Origin: Callorhinchus milii
Taxonomy: Eukaryota
Direction: 5' to 3'
NCBI RefSeq assembly: GCF_018977255.1
Contig: NW_024704755.1
Span: forward strand, 496,001-560,000
DNA length: 64,000 nt
The translations under genes and the position numbers were made by a program. The notes beneath the pieces were generated by a model. The model made no database searches, was not told where the DNA came from, and worked only from the letters and a program-made list of their open reading frames with translations. This document shows positions 36,442 to 46,900 of this stretch, piece after piece; positions within the stretch are counted from its first letter, which is position 1; each line of letters begins with the position of its first letter.

Positions 36442-37682
36442 TGTGCAGAGGCTGGTGCACAACAAGGACTGGCAAAGGCTTGGTGCAAACAGCGGCCGAG
36501 GTGGAGTGGCCCAGTGCCAGGACAGGCCCCGCCCCTGCGGGGGTCACAACCTGAGAGAGGAAACGAGGTGGTGATGGCGGCTGACGTGCGGTGACACACA
36601 CAGCGCCGGCCGGACTGCGGAAGGTTCCGGTATCCAGCGGCCAATGGCAGCCACGACTGCCCATCAAATCATTCCGAGCGTCCGCGATGGCAGCTATGCC
36701 CCCCCCCCACCACGCTGCCCCCCGCGCCATCTTATGAGTTAATTTTATATTTAAAGAAAATTCCACATATAATGTTTTGTCACGGTGACCAAAGTAGCGT
36801 TACCCCTGCTCACTGGGCCCCGGGCTCCCCCCCGAGGTCCCAGCCGCCTCACTTAACCGATAGCAACTGTCCAAACCTGACCACAGCCGCTAACTCCACA
36901 GTAGTGATGCTTAACCAGATAATTTGGCACTTATTAACCCATTCCCTTCCTGTAATAACTAATCTCTCTACACGGTACCTTATACACAACCACAGTAATG
37001 CGAGGCAAGGGGAAAGCTCGCAGGTTTTAAACTTTTTTTTCCTTTATAATATCTGGTAGGTGAGTGACCTGGCTCTAGCCTCACCAGGGGCTGGGGGGTG
37101 ATGGCGGAGCAGGAATACACCCTTTCTGCCCTGTCTGCTGCTGTTGCTAAACCGTGTAACCCGGGATCAGTGTGTACCGGGGGGGAGTGTACCTGGTGTA
37201 GGTTGGTGGGATGGTACATTAGTGATATTGGAGCGTGGGGAATGGTGTACATTCCTGATTTATGTTTCTCCCTCTCCCCCGCCCCCCAATTTACTTTCCT
37301 GTGCTTTAGTTCATCCCAGAAGGCCCACGGACTGGGGTGGGGGGGCAGTGAAGGTCAGACAGCCAGTGCTGCTCTTGTGATGAGAACCTTGCCCCCCCCC
37401 CCACCAAACACTTCATGTTATCTATGATCAGTATGAGGGCCATGGGACAGTGTGTGTGTGTACTTGGGAGGAAGTGTGTGTAGGGTGAGTGTATATATGT
37501 GTGTGAGGAGGAGTGTGCTGTGGTGGGAGGGGGGAGAACAGCTGCTGAAAAGTTGAGCCGTTCGTCCCCTTCACAGAGAAACGGCTCCACCTCAGCTTCC
37601 GGCTCTAAACAGCCAAATGTGCAGCCGCCTGACTGACCCCCACCCCAGCTCTCTAACCCCATCTGTCCCTGTCCCCCACCCT

Positions 37683-39265
37683 TTTCTTCATGTGGAGCTC
37701 CAGCTCCTCTCCAGCTCCTTGGTCAGAGCCTCCAGTCTCCGCTCGGCCTGACTGGGGCCGCTCTCCCGGCTCGGGGTCACCTGGTACGGCAGCTTGAACT
37801 TGTGGGCCGCGGACGGGCCCTTCGTGGGGCTGATATTGTAGGAGAGGACGGTGATGGGGGTCGGGTCGGCGCTGGGGCCGCCGGGGGGCTGGTCGTGGCG
37901 AGGCGAGGCCTGGGCGTGGAGCCGGGGATGGTAGGGGTCCGCCGGGGAGGGCGGGTCGAGAGCCACGTACCCCTCCTCTGGGTGTCCGCTGCTCAGCACC
38001 GAGGCCCGGGGGGAGGGCAGCTGCAGGTCGGGGTAAGCGGCGCTCATGGAGCCGCGGGAGCTGTGGCTGGAGATGCTCGAGCGGGGACTGAGCACCGCCG
38101 GGCCCTGTCCGCCCGGACCCTCGGCCTCGGGGCTGGTGAGCTGCCCCGAGCGGCAGTCGGAGTAGCTGGAGCGGGGGCTGATGTGCCTCTGGTCGTAGCC
38201 CATACTGATGCCGCTGGTCCGGTTGCTGCTCGGTCTGCTCTCCGAGCTGTTGAGGCTGGCCCGCGGGCTGGAGTGTTTGCTGGTGTCGCTGGCCGTGCTG
38301 GCGTAGCTGGACCGGGGGCTCTCGTACTGGCTCAGGCTGGCCCGCGGGCTGGGGTAGCGCTCCCCGCCGCCCCCCCCCGCCACCACCACCAGACTGGCCC
38401 GCGGGCTCGGGTACTTGTCGTAGCCGCCGCCGTGCAGACTGGAGCGGGGACTGGAGTGTTTGCTGTGGTCCTGGGAGGAGGAGGAGGACGAGGCCAGACT
38501 GGAGCGGGGACTGGCGGCGCTGAGCCGCGGCTCCGGGGGCGGAGGCTCACACGCGCCGCTGCTCCTGTTCCCGACATTACTGTTTCTGGCGCCGCCGCCG
38601 CCGCCGCCGGACACACCGTTACCGCGAGGCTCCGCGACAGTGCCGCCGCGGCCGCTGGTGACGTTGTTGCGCTCCGCGGCGGCGGCGACGGCACTGCTGC
38701 GGGAAGCGGACACGTTGTTCCCGCGGCTCCCGGACCCGCTGCCTCCCGGGTACAGAGGGTAAGCGTTCAGCCGACTGCAGCTCAGCCCCTCGTAACCGCT
38801 GCTCCCGCCGCTGCCGCTGCTGCTCCCGGTGCCGGTGGAGTACCGGCGGCAGTCGGTGGTGTAACCGGGCGGGAACCCGTGCGATCTGAAGCAGCCGCCG
38901 TCCCCCTCCGCCTGGTGTAGAGGCTCCAAACCGCCGCGGCCGCCGTTGACCCCCCGGGGGGCGACCGGGGACGGGCAGAGTTTGCAGAGAGCCTCCCCCC
39001 CCCCGCCGCCGCCGCCGTGGAGATGATAGTGATACAGCCCCGAGCCGCCGCCGTTCAGCCGCCGACTCTCCCGCTGCTCCTCCCCGCCCGGCGGGTGTCC
39101 CGCCATCTGCAGGTACAGGTTGGGCTTTGTGTGGTCCGCGCACGGATTGCTCAGCTCTCTGCGGCCCCCGTACAGCCCGAGCCCGTCCCGGGCCGCCTCG
39201 TACAGCGACAGGTCCTGGAGGAAGCGGCTCGCCTGGACCCCGAGCTCCTCCGGGACCTCGGCCAT
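37683..39265 (-). CDS. WTIP: WTIP exon 1 (pre-LIM region), opposite strand to exons 2-8; 1-nt frameshift at ~37707 and truncated before EYFG
   Basis: ATG at 39265 (GCC ATG G): MAEVPEELGVQASRFLQDLSLYEA, resembling the LIMD1/WTIP N-terminus; SPRSS/SPRAS repeats; SNRTSGISMGYDQRH; GPSQAERRLEALTKELE. Adding one base gives ELE-x-ELELHMKK. As written it stops at 37690-37688 (525 aa). Confidence 0.9.
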
Positions 39266-40230
39266 GGCTTCCCTCCCACAGCCACACGGCCCCCGGGCCG
39301 TGGCCGCCCCTCCGGGGAGAGGACAGCGAACGATCAGCGAGAAACCGACCGACCCCCACAGGTCCCGATCACAAGAACATCTCCTGGACTCGATTCTCCC
39401 CGAAACCTCTTCCCGTCTCTCTGCCGCTGTTCCAGTCGGTTGATTGCAATTCACATTTTACCCAATAATAATAATAATAATAATAGACAGAATATATATA
39501 ATAATAAAACACACAGTGTGTGTGTGTGTGTGTGGGGACCGCAGCACTGAAGCTGAATGGCGCGCACGGCGGATGGAGCGCGATTTATTTTCAACGTGGA
39601 AAAGCGACCCGATCTGATCCGAAGAAAAAAGCAGCGACGCCGGAGAGAGAGAGAGAGAGAGAGGAGAGCCCCTCCCCCCCCCCCCCGTGTCTGTGCCCGG
39701 GCTCTGCGCTCTGCTCCCCCCGCGCTGAGACTTTGCAAAGTCCCCCCCCCCCCCCCCTCTCTCTCTCTCTCTCTCTGATCGCCCCCAGTACTCCGCAGTC
39801 TCCCCCGCGCCCCAGACGACAGGAGCCGGTGTTGCCCCCTCCCGGGTTTACACGCTGCTGGGGGGGGGGGGGGGGGGGCGGGGAGGGGGGGGGGCAGCCC
39901 CCGGTGCACTCTTTGGCGAGGCTGTGGAATGCGCGCAGGGGCACTGTGCAGTCGGGCAGCGCTCAGGCGGCCAGGAATGTGCTTAATACCGACGCCAAAC
40001 AATGTGATTGAGAGACTCGGGGAGGGGGGGGGGAGAGGGGGAAGGGAGGAGAGAGGGGGGAGGAGAGGGGGAAGGAGAGGGACTGAGAAGAGAGAGAGGG
40101 GGAAGGAGAGAAGAAAGAAAGAGGGAAGAACAGAAACGAGAGAAAACTTTCCGCGACTCCCACTCACACACTCACATCCACCCAAACCCATCGGTGCAGA
40201 GTCGCTCTGAGCGCTGGTAACGCAGATCCC
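39266..40230 (-). promoter_or_regulatory. WTIP 5' UTR / CpG-rich promoter region
   Basis: CpG-rich sequence directly upstream of the WTIP ATG. GGAATG (TEAD-like) motifs at ~39926 and ~39974; Ajuba-family genes are known YAP/TEAD targets, but function here is inference. Confidence 0.55.
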
Positions 40231-40231
40231 C

Positions 40232-41362
40232 CACTCACACCATGTGCCCCCTCCCCACCCACACACCATGTGCCCCCTCCCCACCCACACACCATGTGCC
40301 CCCTCCCCACCCACACACCATGTGCCCCCTCCCCACCCACACACCATGTGCCCCCTCCCCACCCACACACCATGTGCCCCCTCCCCACCCACACACCATG
40401 TGCCCTCCCCCACCCACACCATGTGCCCCTCCCACCCACACACCATGTGCCCCCTCCCCACCCACACACCATGTGCCCCTCCCCACCCACACACCATGTG
40501 CCCCCTCCCCACCCACACCATGTGCCCCCTCCCCACCCACACCATGTGCCCCCTCCCCACCCACACCATGTGCCCCTCCCCATTCACACCATGTGCCCCC
40601 TCCCCATTCGCACCATGTGCCCCCTCCCCACTCACACACCATGTGCCCCCTCCCCACTCACACACCATGTGCCCCCTCCCCACCGACACACCATGTCCCC
40701 CCTCCTCCCCACACACACACACCATGTGCCCCCTCCTCCCCTCACACACACCATGTGCCCCCTCCTCCCCACCCACACACCATGTGCCCCCTCCTCCCCT
40801 CACACACACCATGTGCCCCCTCCTGCCCTCACACACACCATGTGCCCCCTCCCCACCCACACACCATGTGCCCCCTCCTCCCCTCACACACACCATGTGC
40901 CCCCCTCCCCTCTCACACACAGTGTCCCCCTCCCCACCCACACACCATGCCCCCCTCCCCACCCACACACGGTGCCCCCTCCTCCCCTCACACACACGGT
41001 GCCCCCTCCTCCCCACCCACACACGGTGCCCCTCCTCCCCACCCACACACCATGCCCCCCTCCCCTCACACACACGGTGCCCCTCTCCCCCCACACGCAC
41101 GGTGCCCCCCCACACACACGGTGCCCCCCCCCCACACACATGGTGGCCCCCTCACACACACGGTGCCCCTCCCCTCACACACATGGTGCCCCCTTCACAC
41201 ACACGGTGCCCCTCCCCTCACACACATGGTGCCCCCCTCACACACACGGTGCCCCTCCCCTCACACACATGGTGCCCCCCTCACACACACGGTGCCCCTC
41301 CCCTCACACACACCATGCCTCCCCTCACACACACCATGCCCCCCCCTTCCCCTCACACACAC
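40232..41362. repeat. ~26-bp minisatellite (acaccatgtgccccctccccacccac) grading into variant units
   Basis: Roughly 40 visible tandem units; source of the spurious long ORFs in all frames. Confidence 0.95.
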
Positions 41363-43965
41363 ACTAACTCCCTCTGCATTTCCCAGATATTCTTTCAGCA
41401 ATAAATTGTTTTCATTTTTCACGTTAATAACACAACGCAGCCTCTTACAGGGCAAGTGTGACAGGGACGGATGTGGATAGACAGACAGACAGACAGACAG
41501 AGCAGCATTGTCTGTGGCCAGTCAGATCCTCACAGGCTCATACATGTTGTCGTCCCCCACACAGGCACACGCACAACACCCCACACCCACATACACGCAG
41601 CCCCACCCCTACACAATACATGTCTCCCCCCCCCACACACACACAGCCTCACCCCAACACACACGTCTCCCCTCCACACACACAACCCCCCCCCCACACA
41701 TACACACGCACCCTCCCCCCCCACACATACACATACAGCCTCCCCACCCCACACACACAGTTTGTGGGTCAGTGCAACAACCCAGAAACAATAACACAAG
41801 TCACACAGAGCAAGGCGGCCCTGGGGAATGTCTGTGCCTGGCAGTGGGTAAGGGCTGCAGCCTCAGTGTTCCTCGGCTCGGGAGCGGGAGGTGGGGGAAG
41901 AGGGAGTAAGGTAGAAACCGACAGGCTGACACCCTGACTCTATTCCCCAAATGTGTTTGCAAAGCATTATTGAGCAGCTTGAACGCTGTAATCGCTGGCA
42001 CACAGAGAAACTGTGTTAATAAGAACTCTAACTCTCATTCCAACTTGTGCCTTATCACCACCGGGTACTTTGAAGTGAAGGAATGAGTCCAGGAGGTGAT
42101 GTGGGCAGTGATTAGCTGATAATGACCTAAACCATACGCATCCAATCATCTCTCAGCCAATGTGGGTTTGGAATGTCTCGGGGCGGGTGTCTCTGTGTCG
42201 GGGTGGGGTGGGGGATTTTACCCACATCAGGGTGAGGGTGTTAGTACCACAACAACAGCTTTAGCCAACGACTCTTTCACACAACAGAATGTCCTCGAAG
42301 CCCTTCACACAATGTGGTTAAAGATAATTTTTTTCTTAAGAATCTCCAAACCAAGCTGAGATTTCCATGTATATTGTTATTATTATCCCATCTACACATG
42401 GAAATCCCAGCGATAGATTGTTGCAATGGAATGCACACTCTCTCTGTGGAGGGACGCATCCTGCTTACCTAATTCCAGAGAGTATTAGGCGCAGGTTGGC
42501 AAATGAAGCCAGTGTGGTTGCAAAGGTGAACACGGCAGCTAGTTCCCTGGACAACAACAAATTACATTTATATAACACCTTTCACATCATCTCTGTTCTC
42601 ATACAGGCTTCAAACTGTGGGACGTATCTCATGCCTAACCCTCAGCGCGGTAGGATTCTCATCCAGAGGAGCACAGCTGGCGGGGTGGGGAGGGGCAGAG
42701 GTGGTATATCTGACATTATAGAGCAGCAGGAGGGCTCCAAAATCCAATCCTTAAATCCTGAAGTGTCCCCTTGGGTCATCTCTGTGGACATTGCCAAAAA
42801 AATGGTCATCGATCCACAACTTTTTGTGAGGACATTGCTGTGCACATATTCGCTGCCCACAAAACAGTCACTGCACTTCACAGTAAATCCTGTGAAGCAT
42901 TTTGAGACATTCTACCAGCATGAAAGGATTGTGTTGGATGATATTATTACTAAATGAGTCAGTGGTGATCAAGGCAAGAATGTGTATTCAGATCGACAAT
43001 ATGTAGGGATGAGTCATTTCTACAAAGGGCAATAATATCATTTGAGATTATGATATTTCAGTCAAATTATAGGAAAATATATTAGTTGATTTTAGAAACT
43101 GATAATTCAGTGATATCTGAGATTGCGATCATTTCTCTTTCTCACTCTCTCATTTACGATCTCTCTCCTTTCTCTCACTTTTTCTATCTCACTCATGTTC
43201 TCTCTCTCTCACCTGCATTCTCTCTCTTTTCATTTTTTTCTCTCTGTCACTCATCTCTCTATCACCTGCATTCTCTCTATCACTCGCATTTTCTCTTTCA
43301 CTTTTTCAGTCATGTTCTCTCACTTTCTATCTCTCTTTACATGTACATAATAGATTGAGAAATGAAGCGCAGATCAGCACTTTGGGATGTGCAGAGGCAG
43401 CTGAACAAGAGCAAACAAGTTTCCAACAACTTCAGACACCGGCTAAAGCTAATCCTTCCCCAGAGAGAATGCCTCAAAGCGTTTCGCGGGAATTCACTAT
43501 AAAGTGTAGTGACTGTTTTTATAGGCGAAACACAGCGACGTCCCCCCAAACAGCCTTGGAGTGAGCAAGCAATTTTATTTGGGGGATTGTTGGCCAGGAC
43601 ACCAGAAGAAAGCGACTCCTTTTTCTTTTCCCTGGCAGCATCACGGGAGATCTTTAATGTCCACTTGAACCCTTCTCTCTCTCACTTTCTATTGATTGCT
43701 TCTATTTTGTCTCACTTTCTCACACATTTTCTCTCCCTATCACTCGTGTTCTCTTCCTCTCCCACTTTCTCTCCAGTTCTTTCTCTCACTTTTCCTGTGC
43801 ACTCTCTTTCTCCCATGTTGTCTCCCTCTTTCTCTCTCTCGTGTCTCAGCCTTGCAGGGTGGCCAGGCTTGATGCCACACCCACCCCCGGGGGCTGAGCC
43901 GGGACAGACAAACCGGTTGTGTTGCTACTGCTCCTGTTCTCCTCGCCCGACTGGGAGCTGCTGCC

Positions 43966-46900
43966 ATGTGGCTGACGGTGCTGCTGCTGGTGATTGTGGT
44001 CCAGGTCAGCACAGTCCCAGCTGGACAGCGGTGGTGGGGGGGTGGCCTGAGCCTAGGATAGAACTTGCTTATTCTCTCTATCACTTACTCTCTCTCTTAA
44101 ATGCTCATGTTCTCTCTCTCATTATCTCATTCTCATTCAGTTCTCTCTCTGACTTTCTTGATCACTCGTGTTTTCTGTCTCTCACTTTTTCTCTATCAAT
44201 CACTTTCTCTTGCACTTTCAACACTTTTTCACTCTGTCTCTCGAGTCGACTATCTATCACTCGCACTGTCTCTTGCTTACTTTCTCTCTATTACTCTCGC
44301 ACTTTCTCAATTTCTCTGCCGATCATTCTCTCTGATTCAGTGTGGGTGTGGTTCAGGAATAGAGGCTGTTATTGAGTCTCTGTTGTCTGTCTCCCCCACC
44401 CAGACTGGCAGCCAGCGTCAGGCACGTAGTGAGAACCTCATCGAGACCCAAGCGGAAATTGAGACCTTATTCACAACTGAAGGTTTGTGTCTGTGCGTCA
44501 ATCCCTCAGAGACCCAATTCCCGACCCTAACCTTCACTCAGAATTCTCTCGGCCAGACTCAGTCGCTCGCGCTCTCGCCTCTGAGTCAGAAGGTTGTGGG
44601 TTCGAGCCCCCCACACGTCAAGGACTTGGAACCATATAGGCTCATAAGCTGATGCTCCACTGGTAGCTCGGTGTCAATAACAAATTGTATTTATAAAGCA
44701 TCTTTCATGTCGAGAGGACATCCCAAGGCGCTGGACAATCAGTGTTTCGGACCCAAGCTTGGGGTCGGGATCAGGGAGGGTGGAGGGCAAGGGGTGAAGG
44801 AAGGTGGCCGAAGGCATGGTTGAAGTGGAGGGTCTTGAGTTGCGTCCTGAAGGAGGCAACGGAGGGGGCGAGGTGGAGGGACTCTGGAATGGAGTTCCAG
44901 GGGGTGGAAGCAGAGTGGCTGAAGGCTTGCCCACCAATGGTGGGGCAGGTGAGATGGGCTTCGTGGAGTAGGTTCTGGAGCCCCTTGAGTGGATGGAGCA
45001 GGCAGGTTAGTAGTAAGGGGTTAGGAGGTTGCAGGGGTAGGGGGAGCAAGGTCATGGAGGACTTTGAAAGTGAGGACCAGGATCTTAAATTGTGTCGTCT
45101 GTGTGATGGGAAGCCAGTGGAGTCGGGTGAGGATGGGTTGTATTCCCTTGGATTGTATTCCCTTGAGTTTAGAAGGTTGACGGGTGATTTGATTGAGGTA
45201 TTTAAGATGATAAAGGGATTTAACAGGGTAGATGCAGAGACGCTATTTCCTCTGGTGGGGGAATCCAAAACAAGGGGGTATAGTCTTAAAATTACAACAA
45301 GGCCATTTAAGAGTGAAATCAGGAAGCATTTTTTCACTGAAAGGGGGTTGGAAATCTAGAACTTTCTCTCCCAAAAGGCCGTGGATGCTGGATCCATCAA
45401 CACCTTCAAGAGTGAGGTTGATAGATTTTTTTGGTAGGTCAGGGTATTAAGGGATATGGGGAGAAAGTGGGAAATTGGAATTGAAGGATTAGTTGAGTTA
45501 CAGATCAGTCATGATCTAATTAAATGGCGGAACAGGCTCGAAGGGCTGAATGGCCTCCTGAAAAGCTCGAAGAGCTGAACGCCTGAATGGCAAGAAGGGG
45601 GGAGGGCAAGAGATGTGAAGGGCAAGAGAAGTGGAGGGCAAGAGGGGTGAAGGAAAGTGGGATAAAGGGAAGAGAGGTGGAGGGCAACAGAGGTGGAGGG
45701 CAAGAGGGGCAGAGGGAAGAGGGGTGGGAAGATGACCAAAGGCAAAGGTCGAAGAGGAGGGTCTTGAGATGGGAGTTGAACGGGGCAAGGGAGGGGGCGA
45801 GGTGGGATACATGGAGCAGGCTCACTGGGTGCTTCGTTTTGCTCAGATTGTGTCTGGTTCCCTTGCTATGAGACTCAGTCCTGTGAGCATGCAGTGGGGA
45901 TCCCCGAGAACATCAGGAAAAGAGAAGGGAACAGCAGCCATTGCAGCGGGCTCCAGGCAGTGACCATCGAGTGGAACCCAAGTCCTTACGGTAAGGATTA
46001 CAAATGAGCTGTGTGTCAACCTGGTGCGGTGGTAACGTTTTCGCCTCTGTGTCACAAGATTGTCACAAGCCCCCACCTCAGTATTTGGAATCACAATCTA
46101 AGCTGACACTCCAATGCATTGCTGGAGTGTGTCGCATTGCCAGAGGTAGTGTCGTAAGGATGAGATGTCAAACTGAGGTCCCGTATGCCTGTTCAGGTGG
46201 ATGTTAAAGATCCCATAGCACTGTTTGGAAAGAGAAGGGAGTTTCTTTTTCCTGGTGTCCAGGCCAACAATCCCCCGAATAAAATTGGTCCTCACTCCAT
46301 GGCTGTTTTGGGACATTGTTGTGCGCAAACTGGCTGCCGTGTTTTGTCCACAAAATACACTCACTCTGGATGTGGATTGGGGTAACTCCTGGAGTCTATT
46401 CAGACTGAGGGAGAGAGTGTCGGAAGGGTGGGGGCTCTGTCAGGGGGAGTGGGCAAAGAAGGCGCTGATTGATCTCTGGTATCTCTTATTCCAGGGATCG
46501 AGTTTGTACAGGGATTTCGGGTTGACCTTGTGTCCCTCTCTGGCCCGAGCTCGGTATCCGAATGCAGACAGCTGGTTCTCCGCGATGGCGTCAGATTGGA
46601 GCCGCAGTTGGTCAGTCAGGCAGGGGAGGAGGGCTTAAGTACTCTGACGGGCGCAATATAAATGCAAGCTGTTGTTGCGGGGATTGGGTTGGGGAGTGTG
46701 GGCATTGGATTGAGCGGTGGGGGTTTGGAGGGTTTGCAGTTGGGGTATTAGAGTTGGATTTGGGGACTGGAATCAACCCTCTCCCTCCTCTGTCTGTCCT
46801 TGGAGCCCAAATAGCTGATATCCTCACCCATTTCTGTTGTCCAGATCATTGGTAGCACATTTTGCCTTGGTTCAGACACATTGTACGGAGCTGTGGTCTA

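Noticed and set aside
37670-37690. Rescue of WTIP by trans-splicing from a cryptic GTGGGG donor at the end of the inverted exon 1
   Set aside because: The frameshift stop (37690-37688) precedes the cryptic donor, EYF would be lost, and no promoter is evident for the plus-strand exons. No support from sequence alone.
37802-39359. 372-aa plus-strand ORF and other overlapping ORFs
   Set aside because: Antisense or alternate-frame shadows of the GC-rich WTIP exon 1.
39451-41480. Long ORFs of 365-562 aa on both strands (Gly/Val/Trp- or Pro/His/Thr-rich)
   Set aside because: Translations of a stop-free 26-bp minisatellite, open in several frames at once; no domain or splice support.
43086-44652. 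Hydrophobic Ser/Leu/Phe-rich ORFs (288 aa, 183 aa) resembling membrane proteins
   Set aside because: They derive from CT-rich low-complexity intronic sequence; only the short embedded IL17RD-like exons are supported.
44675-45810. CR1 apparently nested inside an L2
   Set aside because: The sequence after the CR1 is a second L2 3' fragment rather than the continuation of the first, and no target-site duplication is evident. Treated as adjacent insertions.
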